The notes beneath the pieces were generated by a model. The model saw nothing but the letters and a program-made list of their open reading frames with translations, was not told where the DNA came from and ran no database searches. A DNA stretch of 64,000 bases from positions 7,440,001 to 7,504,000 of the forward strand of contig OZ316775.1 of assembly GCA_973851085.1 (NCBI GenBank), in the 5' to 3' direction. Source of the DNA: Ptychomitrium polyphyllum (lineage: Eukaryota). Positions 24,494-37,700 of the stretch are shown one piece after another. Both the position numbers and the translations under genes were made by a program. How positions within the stretch are numbered: position 1 is the stretch's first letter; every line of letters begins with the position of its first letter.

Positions 24494-27400
24494 CCTCGTT
24501 ACAAACCCTCAAAACCTCAAATGACCTTAAATCTGAACCAAACTAGGAGCTCGCAAAAAATAACAGAGCTCTCACAGTGAAGGAGTTCCTAGCGATGAAA
24601 AAGATGATATTCAGGTGGAGTTGGTGAGGGAGAGTGATGAGATGCGGCACGGTGTAGGTAATGATGAAAAGGAATGCACATGATTGATAAGGAATTCAGC
24701 AAAGTGTGGTGATTTCCGTCAAGGAATTCGCTGCACCGGCTTGATTTCCATGGCGAGCGAAAGCTTACGATGAAGTGAACACTTATGCACTTTGCGAGAT
24801 ACCCGCTTGGATAGTAACAGGTGTCACCATAGTATCGAAATAGTATCAACCTGATAACGACTAGGTATGGTGAGGGTGGATTTTAATGGTCGACTCGACG
24901 AGAGAGACGGCTACAAAGTTTTCGAGGAGGCTGACACCCAAACCCGTCTCTATACCCAAATATCACATGTATTGTAAAAAGCGTACATGAGACACGAGGA
25001 ATTCTACATAATGCTTAGATGTTGTCGACTTTCGATGCAGTGACGAACAGTCACTGCGTAAAGGTTCCATGTGAAGTGAATCGTAAATCTCATCAAAGGT
25101 ATCGGAGTAATGGGTTTAGGAGTAGATCGCGTGAATTTGTTTATTTTTCCATATACCCTTCAACAGAATGATATACCTGCCCGAGTACCATCCGGGTAGC
25201 GTGGCAGTAGTGCCAGAGTATCGCTTTGGTGTCCTGCGAAAAGTGGACACGTTGGACCAGGCGAGAGTCTTAGAATCCTACTGGAAAGCAGGTCATCATA
25301 AAGGAGAAAAGGAAGAGGATCAAGGCAGGATTGGGATAATTAGCCTGCGCTTTGGTGCTGAGTCTGACGACCAATCATGATCCCAGCCAAGTGCACTTTC
25401 ACTTTTAGAGCCTCCGAGCATCGATCTCCGAAGTGGAAGAAGTTGGAGAAAATGAATGTCGAAGGATGATGCGCAGCTCTTGGACGCTGGTCCAGTCTAC
25501 ATTCCCATCGTCCTGTTTGTAGAGAAATCACTTCACTTTCGTTTTCTTCCTTCAATCAATATTTTCCCCTTAATGGTTAGGTTCGTGTTGTTCTGGTTGC
25601 ATAGTAAAAGATGGTTCTTACTAAGTCATCTGACCAAAGGGATCCACGGCATGGGAACTCCCATGGATCCATGTTGTGGGGGTCAAAAGTCCTTCCATTC
25701 ACATTGCTCACCCATCCAAACATTGTACACACTAAAACTCTTCCTTCCAACTTCCAAAACCTTAAGAGCTCAAAACATTGATAAGCTACATCCCATTCCA
25801 TCACTCATGCTTTCCCTCTTGCTTTCAAAACTTTAAGATAAAAAATTTATACCAACCACCATCACATATGGGAATGTGCTAAATTCCTAAATCACCACCA
25901 TTACAAATTCAAAATCACAAATCCACCATCATATCAACAAGACTTTGCGCGTGTGCGTCAACTTTTCTTTATGCTCCCTATGTCTCTTCAAAGCTATCAT
26001 TATATTTAAAAATGGCATTTTCAATATAAAATCAATAAAATGAATTATGTGCATGAGATAAATGATGTTGAATTTAGGACATTGTGATGGGTTTGTATAT
26101 ACATTATATCTAGTTACAACAAATATGCCTTTCCACCTTTCTTCTATTGTAAAATTAATTCATTAATTAATTAATGAAGTGCATATTTTGATTGAATAAT
26201 TTAAATTCATATTTTTCTATTGTATTAGTATATTATAATTTGAAGTTAATAATTTGGACAACATGAATCAATGCATATATATGAATATGCCTTATGCAAA
26301 AACAAACTATAGATATTGGTTTAAATAATGGAATAAGTTCTCTTAAATTCTTCTTGCTTTGAATTAATACTACGTGTCATTAGAATCTTTGCACTTTGTT
26401 TTAACTCAATTTCCATTTAGATTATTTAATAAAACTTATTTTATAAAACACAAAACTTAAAGCCTTATTTTCTTTAAATTTTTCAAAAAAAAAACTTTCA
26501 AAGGTTGAAAACTTTAATAAATTAAAATGAAATACATTATAATAATTAATGTGTGTGTGAAGTTTAGAAATAGATAAATAAATAAAGAAAATATTTGATT
26601 CTTTTCTAAGAATTGGCACTAATGAAATATTTATTTGTCCATTATTTTGTATTTACATTTAAAAACATAGATTAAAAATAAAAATCACTTTGCATATTAT
26701 CTCATTTACAGTGTATTTTAAATCTACATCCCATAGATATCATTTAAAGTTAATAGAATCAAGGATAACATTAAAAAAATCATCTAACAGTATTAAAGAT
26801 GCCAAATTTTAAAATTTATACCATTTTATGTGTACAAGGTCACAATAAGAGATAGAGACATATGAAGGACATATTTGTTAGTAAATCAATAAAAGTAAAT
26901 CCATTTTTGTTATTTTTGAGGGCACCAAACTTGATACACATGTAGTTACCTATTGAAAGAGCCACTTTTTAAAATTGGAAGATAAAGAAAAGTTTATGTG
27001 CCTTTAAGAAATTTTCAAAAATCACAAAATTGGTTGTGTATTTAAAAAATTTGAAAAAATCTCCTATAAAATTATAAAATTTGACATTCTTTTATAGATT
27101 CCCACTTTACATCATCACTCCACTACCTCATACAGAGAAACAAACCATACACAGTACACTTGTACTGAGAGGATGAAGGATATGCTCAGTTCAGAAAATC
27201 ATCCAGAATGCACACCAAAGATTCCAAGTTAACACACAGAATAACTAGATCGTCCAAATGCCCCCCAAATCTAAAACTTTCGATCATCAATCTCAACCTT
27301 TGAAGTCTCTCCTGGACCATAAATGAGTCAGCACGTGTCAATTGCTCACTGACTCAGAGACTCTTCACCTTCGTCTACTTCATTCAGATATCAGATTTTC

Positions 27401-30132
27401 ATTTCTACTCTCATGGGCCTTCTCAGAGATTCTTGTATAAGGGATTCTGTTTGTTTCAAATAAAACGGACGTGGAACAATGGGAGAACAAGGAGCAAAGG
27501 ACTAGCGCTGAGACAGTGCAATGACAAGCATTAAGCCAAGTTCATGCAAACAACAACACCATCAAAGCAAAGGCAAACTGGAACTCGGCAGACGCACCAC
27601 TATTGACTATCAACCACACAAAATCATGGCAAGCAAGCAAATGTCTTGGGACGCTGACTTATGGTGCAAGCTCGACAGAAAGATTGCAAACTAAGAAGTC
27701 GGGGACGTCAAAGAGAAAATGGAGGAGAGAGAACGGGGAGTTCAGTCTGTCAAGGACGACCGGCTCAAGGACGAGTCTCGCCATCAGCCTCCATCCCTCA
27801 AGTACGAGCGTATGGCTGGTTCTTCGTGCCCCAGATTCTGACGTGTTGAAAATTTTAGCATCGGGTAATATACCAGTACACATTATAAGCAAGCAACAGC
27901 AGGTTATATGGATCATATATAATCTCATTGCCAGTCATGTTGAAGGTTTATTTGTTGATATTGAAAGAATTTTCGGCGACGTTACGAGTAGAGGACTGGT
28001 ATCTTCACTAGCTGCCTTCACAGATCTCTTGTGTTCAGGAATAATTTTCTTCTGCAGTTTGCTTTCTTACATTCGGTGTTGGATCGACTGAGATTCTGAG
28101 AACAAGTGGACCAAGGTGGACCCTGCTTTTTATCCTTTGAGTTGATATTCCAGAGTTCAATTCCATCCACACAAAAAACAACTTAATACTTTGATTCACA
28201 GCAGGATGAAATTTGAATGATGGTAAAAGCTTTGTCAAGGGAAGAGAAGGCGCAATGAGCAAATCGTGACTGAAATCTTCAATTCATAGGCACTGGCTCT
28301 CATGATCATCTTCGTTGTGAAGAGAGATGGCTGAAGCTACCTAGTAAGTTAATATATTCATGAACCCAGCTATGGGATGCTTGCTCTCTAAAATCCCGAG
28401 AAGTGCCTTTGTGTTGATGTGTTAATTTACAAAACAATGCTTGCCAATCGTACATGGTAACAGCGGGATCCGTATTGGACGATCTCCCATACATGAAGAA
28501 TGCTTCGTGAAGTACGTATGTGACTTCATCGCAGAACTGAAGCCCACAGCAAGCAAACCCCAAGCAACATGAAAAAAGTGGTTGACATCCTGTACATAAA
28601 CACCTCTATTTTACAAACAAAAGCAAAAACAATTCATTCTGGAGTATGTGTAATTGTTTGACATTATTTGCTATCATTTTTCTAAAATCAGAATCCACAA
28701 TCAGTCGACGATGGTTCACAGGTGGACCCCAGAGTGCTGGTCTTGCCAAACGCATTGCCCTAACCAAGCATTTCCATGTAAACTGGACTGAGGAGCATCA
28801 TTTCATAACAAGGTACAACCATTTGTCTTTGTCCACAAGACTGCCACGCAAAGCTTTGCTGACAATGTGAAAACCTCTTGGTTGTGACAATGCGGTTGGT
28901 TCTTGGCTCAACGCAAAGCAGCTTCACCCTCCACCCTCACCTCCAGGGCACTGTAGCTCAAGACGACTTCAAACTCAATAAAATATTACAACTGTGAATT
29001 AGGGTATGCCACAGTCACCATGTATCACAGTTCCTGCTTACTGTAAGTTCCACATGTTAGAACAAGAAATCACCGTAACCTGATACAAGTCCCTGACCTA
29101 ACAGTTTGATGTACTGTACCTGTACATTACACCCAAATTGATAACCAGTCCAGGAGTTGCAATTCATTGCAGGACAACGGCAACCGGCCCACATCCGTTG
29201 AAAGACTGCTACAATCGTGACGCCTCAGATGATGTTTACGCGGAAACATTGAATTGCAAACACCGCACTAACTCTCCAACGTAACCGTCTTGTAGGGCCC
29301 GTTCGCCGGTGGTGTTGGAGGTCTGCGCTTTATGGACCCCAGCTCCTACATCTGCCCTTTTTGCCTGGCCGGAGATCTGCGCTTTCCGCTCTTAATGTGG
29401 GGCGTAAGATCTCAGGATCTCTTGCATTACAGCTAACAGAATCGGTACGTGCTTCTAGTCGAATCGTTGGCTTTGTGTCGATCGCATCTTGCTATGGTGC
29501 ATATTGCGTCGATGTATCATATACAGTAGATGCATGCTTTGTGGTGGCCTACCACTTGGAACCTTTTCTTGATGCGGAATATGTTCTGTGTTCATGCTTG
29601 GAGTGGCGGTCAATAGGTGGTTAGGGTCGACCACGTTGTAGTCTTGTGTTGGCGATTCTGTTCAAAAGCGCAGGCTGTCTTTGCGACTGTGATGTTGCGA
29701 CTGTTGTAGGAATGGCGCGTGTTGGCGCTTTCGTGGTGTTTGTATGAGTCCTATTTTGGTTTTTTCGTTCGATGGTAGTGGTTTGGCATCGCTGACTTAT
29801 GGATGGGGTGGCAGCTTTTGACAGATATCAGCAGGAGTATGTTGCTGCAATTTGTTGAAGTTTCATGTGATCGATTGAAGGTTTGGGTGTGGGAGGAAGC
29901 TGAGGAGTTTGTCCAATTGTTGCTCTTGAGATGCCCTCTCGTCCTTCGTCCCATGGAGCTCTGAGGCGTTCCATGACTGCAACAACGCATTGCTGTGGTA
30001 AGGAGTTACAGCTCTCCGGATATCGACTGGTGGGAGAGCCTGTCGTCGTCTTCTTCTGTGCAAGGGGAGGCGGGGTGTGTCGAGACGGGGTCTATCTTCT
30101 CCTGGGGCGTCGATCCGTTGTAGCAGCTCCCG

Positions 30133-30435
30133 ATGGCGCAGATCAAGTCGTTGAAGGAGCTTGCGGATCTGGGGTTCGTTATCGCGTTCCGGTTTTACGG
30201 GCGCTACCCCGAGACTGGGCGAACATTTTACCACCCCCCATCTTGTGAGAGCGACCGAGCGTATGCGGAAGCTTCGGCTCTGTTCGCGGCCAACAATGAC
30301 CGCAGACACTCGCCTGTGAGACGGTCGGGCTTGACGGCGGCCACGTCTCTGATTCTGCCCAACCTTGCAGTGCCGAGTCTCTCGGTTTTCTTCTCAAGTG
30401 GAACTCAGCAGGGTTTGGGTCAATTCTCTAACTAG
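30133..30435 (+). CDS. Candidate intronless small protein (~100 aa), function unknown
   Basis: ATG in good context (ccgATGGCG) within a locally GC-rich island, with protein-like segment IAFRFYGRYPETGRTFYHPPS. No family assigned with confidence. Confidence 0.4.
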   Translation: MAQIKSLKELADLGFVIAFRFYGRYPETGRTFYHPPSCESDRAYAEASALFAANNDRRHSPVRRSGLTAATSLILPNLAVPSLSVFFSSGTQQGLGQFSN

Positions 30436-31309
30436 TGGCTTTTTACTTTTTATAATCGCAGAACCGATTGCCATGTGCTTTTGAAACCAATGTCCATTGG
30501 AACACTACTGGAAGTCTATGTTGTCCGCCACATCTTGCTTTCACTGCTCAAGGATGACGCATGAGCCATTTCATTACAGTTGCGTTTCTTAATTTGTGAT
30601 TAATTGGCATTGCTTCTTTGTTTTTGGGTTGTTTCAGATGGAGTCCTTTCTTCTCCAGCGCCTCAAAATGTAGAGGCTTATTGATTGTGTATCACCATCA
30701 GACTTCCATAAAGCGCATAACCGTACGAAGCGTCTTTGGGTATTAGCGCTTGTTGATGCAGCTAAAACTTCAATTACTATGTGAAGAGACTTTACTCTTT
30801 CGTGGAGTTTTTCTGGCGATGCCATTTGAATGGTTATTTAGTTTCACATAAGAACATGTTGGGTGTCCGAGAACGAGATATTGAAAAAGCCAAAGTCAAC
30901 GTGAACAAAAGACTTGAGATTCAATCAATCCGCTGAGGGTGAATAATTGCATATCTTAGAACTCATAACATGCGCTTGTGCTTTCTTCAGAGTGAAGTAA
31001 TTATGATCGTAGTTGGACTATGTAGGCTGTTAATCGCAAGTACATTGGCTAGAGCAATTTCCCACCATTCACATCCTTTAGCAAATAACATTTGATGACG
31101 TCGACTAAATCATTTAGGCCCTGTAACTAGATTAGAGATATGTGGAGATTGATCATTAACATTCTTGCATAATCTTGTGAATGAAACTCAGCTATTCTTC
31201 TCTTGGTTTTGACTTTTGACTATTGTTCCTTGAATACCATGAACTTGCACCATTCGGTGTTCATGAATTACTCTGAAGATGTCGTCAATCATTTTGCAGT
31301 ATCCTCTTG

Positions 31310-32700
31310 TCTCTGATTGGGAATGTGGAAAAGCCAAAAGAGCAATTCTGCACGACTTGTCCATGGTTTCCCACAATGATAGCTGCCTGAGTGCATATAA
31401 CTCAACCTCAATCAATCATGTATGCATCTCGGTATACCGGTATATTTCCACACTTTCCTCAAGGAATGGTAGCCTTAATTATCAATCCGCTTATCCTCTT
31501 CTGCCCTTTCCCGGAGCGTTACAGATACGTCATCGTTACATTGTGTTTTCCTAATTCTGAATTCCTAATTCTGAATTCCTAATTCTACATAGTGTTCATG
31601 TGTGTTCGGAATTCTGCTTTACAACGCTAGTAATGTTGAGAGACATGTCTATTTTGGGTGTAGACAGACACGAAATTTAGAAGTAACCGACACTGCTACC
31701 TCTTATTTGCAAAGACTCCAGGAGCTGGAACACAGAAAACCTCTTCTCTATACAATACACACTCCATCATTCTACAGTAACGAACATCCGTCATTACCAA
31801 CAAGGTATTCCATCGCCTAAGTATCGAGCTCTTGCAGTAGCCTTTCATATAATTGGATTCTCAGTGGCCGCCACAGCGCTATTCACCAACTATGTACTTC
31901 TGGACTACGGCTCCCAAGTGAGTGTTGTCATGAGAGGATGCTAGCGATGTCATTTCTTATCATTGGTTGTGTAAATTTGAGTGCCCAGTGCCTATGTTTT
32001 CATTTCTAGTTCTGGTTCTATATGGTTTTGCTGGACGCCTCAGGTTTGGTGCAGCTGATGCGAAACCTAGATCCAATGCCAATCATCCGTGAGGATATCT
32101 GAACAGCATGCTCTGTGGTACAAAGCCATCGCCATCTTTCTCTCCATTGTGTCGCGAGAGTCATGGTATCTACAGCACAGAATCTTACGAATGGCGCCCT
32201 CATGGGAGACGCGCTGGAGTTTTACGTACAGAAGTGGGTGTCAGAAGTGTTCAAAACTCTCCACGAAACTCTTCGAGTTCGCCCATTGGTGGGGCCCCCC
32301 TGGTTCAGAAGCCTTCTCCCAGCAGCGATGCGGTTAGCACCGCGAGGTTATACCACGTCGTGGTGGAGCATAACAGGAATCGTTTAGTTACTGAGAAGAT
32401 CGTCGGCAAGTTGCCACAACATAGGAATTCAATAGTGTGCGATTATCTTCTAAGAATGCTGCGCGCTTCGAATATTTCCAACTGCTCCGTCGGCTGCCGG
32501 ACGGAGCTGGACTTACGGACGAAATTTATGGCTCGAAATTTATTCATACACTCGTATAGCAGTGGACAGGTACTGATGCAGGCAGGCATTCCAGCAAGCT
32601 GAGCGCTACGTCGATGAGCTTGTCTGTGAAGTCCACGCCGAGACACAAGTCGCTCAGTTTGCAGAAATTTCAAAGACACTCGAGCTTGAAATCTTATTTC
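31310..32700 (+). pseudogene. Degraded BTB-NPH3 (NPH3/RPT2-like, NRL family) gene remnant
   Basis: Fragments in shifting frames with stops: FGILLYNASNV (cf. FCYG..TASNV), SLHCVARVMVS...MGDALEFYVQKWV (cf. IG.AL..YA.KWL), RLVTEKIVGKLPQHRNSIVCDYLLRMLRASNISNCSVGCRTELD...NLFIHSYS (NPH3 domain core). The 5' boundary is approximate. Confidence 0.75.
31548..31586 (+). repeat. 14-bp tandem repeat, ~2.8 copies
   Basis: ttcctaattctgaa twice, then ttcctaattct. Confidence 0.85.
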
Positions 32701-34704
32701 TCTTCACTCTACTGTCAAACTCATGGCGAGAAACCGTAGCACTTGGCGCTGTTCATGTCCATTCCCTTACCTCTCAGACTGCCATTCTTCTTCCATACTC
32801 TCGTCTGATCCATTATTGAGATAGATTCAACTCTGAGCTGGGACCACCATCTTCACGTTATCACCTCGTATTGTGAGTGCCTGTAATTTAGTCCTCCGGT
32901 TCTCTTTCATTTATAACACCCGCACGATCTCATGCCTTACTGATACAGCTCATTTTCCTTTACAGATGAGACAATATCTCTTTGCTTGTTGCTCTATTTG
33001 CTCTGAGGTTTTTTGGGATTTTTTTGACTTATGTTTGATTGACTTCATAAAATTCAGAATTTAGGAATGACGCATGACGCCTCACGTACTTAAAAACAAT
33101 GTGAGAGGATTGAATAAGGATTGAATAAAGCTCAGTTGATTCCTTGCAGCATTATTTAGAGCTAGTCACCAGTAGTTGATGCCTTTATGTTAGGAGAAAC
33201 CAAGCTCAGGAATACAGTAGCAGAAGGGTTAGGTTAAAAGCATTGGAATTTAAGTAAAGCTTGGACTTTAGGAGTTGAGCCTAGTTATAGAAATGTCCCT
33301 AATACGCCTGGTGTAGGCTGTGATGGTATTGCCTCTTCGGTACCACTGAGGTTGTCCTAAGCAATGCCCAAATTAAGTGGGGTACTTAGAAACAGGGCGC
33401 ATTAGGTTGTTATCGGAGGCCTCCTAGGTGGAGACTTAGGCCTGCTGTATATTTATGCATGGAACCAATCTGCATTGCATTGCAAAATCATAGAGAGCTT
33501 TACTTGTAGAGCTTCTCACTAAGTGTAGGTGGATCCTGGTGGGAGATTTTCACATGGTTGAATCTCACCAGAGTTAAAACAACTAATGCAAAACACTTAT
33601 CCTCGTGCAAGAAAAAGTTATTTTGGATTCTCTTAAGCAGCATTTAGGAGTGGAAGATTAGCCATGATTAATAGGGTGCGAAATACGCTTGGGACAACAT
33701 GCAGTGGAATGAAGAACGCATCCTGGCTAACACTTTTGTTTTTTTTTTTTCCCAAATGAGGGAGATGGTGAGCAAGGAAGATTTTGCAGTATACAATCAA
33801 AGGTGACGGTTTAATAAACATATTGCTTTGACAAAATTTCCCTTTATTAAACGTTGTAAACTCGGCATTTCCGTGGTTGGATTTCTGCAATAATGTGTTC
33901 CATGAAATGGAATAGTATCTACTCTTAGATCCTGTAATTACTTTTAAAAATTGGATGATTTTTTTGGATCTATATGCAAGTTTTCGAAGGAAATCAAATT
34001 GGAATTGTCCAAGGCATACAGATCATTGGGCACTTAAAAACAAAATGCACCCTAATGCAGTGATATAATATCGGTTTGAAAGTGAGCATTAAAAATTTGG
34101 GGTTGCATGTGTGAACTTTTGGTGAACAATGCCCTTCAGGCTTACATCGATTTCTAAAAAAAATTAAAAATGCATGGGAACTTTTAAAGTTTATTGTACT
34201 CTTTCTAATTACTCTTTTATGATACAAAGGTTTTTTCATTGATGGTATATATCCTAATGAAGAAACTAATTGGAATTGTTTACACTTCCTCAACTTGAAC
34301 ACGCAAAGGCTTTGATAATCAAGTCTTGTGAATGATAGCCTTACTTCAAATGTGATCTACAAATCTGCATAAATCCATTGGCATCAGGGTTTTGTTATTT
34401 TGCTATAACAAATATACAAAAAGAAGAAATTATATTATATAGTATCGGATATAAATAGTATTCCAAAATTCTTAAAACATTTATTTTTTAATCAATATAT
34501 ATGAACTACCTCAAAATTTTCAAAATTGGTTTTTAAATGTTGAAAATTAAAAAAGATCATCTTCTATAGTAACGCATTTTATATTTGAAACTCATCTATT
34601 TGATGTGCCAATTTGGTTCTTGTGTATGATGTTCATAAGTTATGATTCTTTTATTGTTTAATTTTGTACATTTTCTTGAATATATTTCAAAATTCAAAAA
34701 CTTA

Positions 34705-37700
34705 TTACAAACATTTGACTATTTGTCCCATCCATGTGCTTGATGAAAAAAATTCCTCTGCATAACTCCACAATTCTTTTGGAAAGCGGTTTTGCAGTGC
34801 AAAAGCAATTGGAAGTGGCTTAATACTTATTTCACTTTTTGATCCATCATCAATATCTGAACTCCTATTTGACAATCTAGGAGACGTGATATTTCTTTTA
34901 ATATCATTAGTATTTGAAAAACCATCCATTGAACTACTTGGTCCGTAAACAGACTCAAGACTTCTACATAATCTTGAGTGTTGAGTTGACGCTACTATTG
35001 AATTTTTAATTGTACCGCAACAATTCATTTCTACTTGTCTAGTGCAATTTAAAGTTGAAGCATTTGGTAAAAGTGTGTCAACTTTTTTTGAAGCAAGCAT
35101 GTTTTTTGATGGACTGAAAAATGATTTTGGAAAGGGCATTTGTTGTGTACACCGTTGAATATCAAAATCTTGTTCACCAGAACTTTTTGGACCTTTGACA
35201 ACCTTTTTTTTTCTTGGTTCTGTTATATTATTCATTTCGTCTTGTATTTGGTTAGAATTAGAAGATTTAGAAGAACTGAATAAACTTGTTTTTGAGCTTT
35301 TTAAAAATGTAAGTAATATTTCTGCACTTAATTGTTGTTGCACCACATCACGGTTTATATTGCTCCCATAACAAACTGCTAATAATGTTCCTATCAAAAT
35401 TGGAGTCAACTTGGAATCACTAAAGAAAACAAACGGAAGATTGCACATCTGCACATAACAGAATAATATAGTATTATAGTATGAGTTTTAAAATTAGACA
35501 AGTCTTTTTAACAATTTATAACAGATTATTGTGAAACTTCTTAAATTTAAAAACCAAAATTCAATTTTTTTGAACTTGCTATTTTTTTCTACATATATGG
35601 AGGATTTTTTTGAAATTATAAATTTCAAAGTTCTTTCTTTCAAAAAAATTATTGATTTTCTTACAAGTGTTAAGATATTTTACCAAATATTATTAAATCT
35701 TAATTGGTTTAAGAACATTTTCAACCAAAATGTTTTTGAACATTCAAAAAAACAAGAACAGAATCTAAATTCCTTAAGAACATCAAAGCAGCACATTGTG
35801 ATACCTTGCTAATCTCCAAATAAGTACACCATATTCTTTTTCAATAAAAATCAATTTATCGTTTAAGAAGTTAACATAAGCATTTTTAACCATTGATTTA
35901 AAGATGTTCCAACTTATTTAAATATGAAAACGCCATTTAATAGTAGTATTATCAAAAATGTATTTGAATTTTTGTAAAAATCAATATACATTTTGAAATA
36001 AAAGAAGGATCATATGTATTAAAATCACTTAATTTTTAAAAATGTTAGAAATTTATAAAATAGTTTTAAAACTAAACCATTAATAATGTATTTTATTCAC
36101 TTTTATAATTATTGTGATTTTAAAGTACTTAGATTAAGTTGATGTTCTTGTATTCTCATCATAATACATACCTTATAGTAATAATTATTACCTTTTGTAA
36201 TATTGTAGGATATTTTCCCCATCGCAAAATTGCTTGATTTTCATGATGTAAAAAAGCAGCGTAGCCTATAAACATCATTGTTTCTAGCAACAATGTTGCA
36301 ATCTACATTTAAAGCAAATCTAAATCAAAGTAAAAATTTGAACTTCTTAATTCTATGAATGTATTAGTATTATTAATAAAATGTATAATTCATGAACATT
36401 GTTCAATTTAACAATCTAAAATTACATCATAAAATGATTTTTGAAATTTTTTAATTTTTATACATAAAAGAATTTTAATACATATATATAATATTTGTAG
36501 TAATTTAAGGATATATATATGTGCACCTCATCAGTAGTTGTCTTCCAATTAGAAGTAGAGTATGTTAAAAAAAAGCCTACAAGCTGATAGAATTCCATAC
36601 AAACATCTGGCAATGCCTATAAGATAATAGTTGATGATTGCAAAGAGTGGTTAGATTCTAAAACATTCTCATGTCATTATATCTTAATATATGCATCATT
36701 AAATAAAACCAAAAAAAATTCAAAAAAAATTTAGAATATATTTTTTAATTTGGTCACTTCAAAGCTCAAAATGAAAATATTACATTTCATATGAATGTTT
36801 AAATATGATTTTAGATGTAATACCAATTTATTTTGGATAAGAGAAAGATCTAGCCTTGCCACATTGTTTAGAATTTGTAACAACATTATTGCTGCTTCAT
36901 TAAAATTTGATGGTAATGAATTCATGGCCTAAAACAATCATAGAGAAAAATTTAATCAAATGGATATTATATAAAACCGTTTATATTTCTATTCTTTTAG
37001 AATCTTTTCAGTACAAAAATTATATATTATAAATAATGTAAACAATAATATTTCAAAAGAATACCAAAATTACTAGCTTTCAAGTATTATATGCAATTGT
37101 ATGTTGTTGTTTTTAATTCTAATTTCTTCTTTAACTTATAACTACCTAATATGTGACAATTTAAGAACATAAGTTTACATTTCAAAACAAATAAGGCGGC
37201 CATCACATCTTTGATGTGATGGCATTTAATGTAGGTTTCTATACAATTATAAAAGTTTTAAAAAAATAAAATAAAAGTGAACATAACATTAAATAATAAC
37301 CTGTAAAAAGGTTAAAATAAAGTATAAGAAACAAAAAGTAAAAAGTCAATTATAAGTGCAGAGACGGATGGACAGCCAACACCACCAGACTGTAAGGTTT
37401 CATTTTCAGTGTACTTTGCACAGAAACCTAAAATCAATACTTGAATGAGATACATTGCATTATGTCCAGAAAGCACTAAATCATACTTCTTCTTGCAGAA
37501 ACGGATCGACTTGAAGAAGAATTCCAATCAACAATGATGGAAGTCCCACTAATCTTGTTTCTGAAATAGCAGCAACCAAGAGTGTCGTTGACTCGGTAAG
37601 CGACGAAGCCTTTTGAGTGATGACAATCCGGGGAGCTTCGCTACTCCAATGAGATACATCTGGCTTTGAGTTTTTGAACACAAAATCTCTACAATAGTCA

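Noticed and set aside
24589..25836. Cluster of short ORFs upstream of LPD
   Set aside because: No motif or coherent exon chain on either strand.
27603..28870. Overlapping ORFs with splice-like signals on the minus strand
   Set aside because: The frames I tested hit stops and no family was recognisable; this cannot be called without a search.
37199..37223. 11-bp hairpin gccatcacatc-ttt-gatgtgatggc in a SCAPER intron as a Helitron 3' end
   Set aside because: No CTRR terminus at the expected distance and no 5' end was identifiable.
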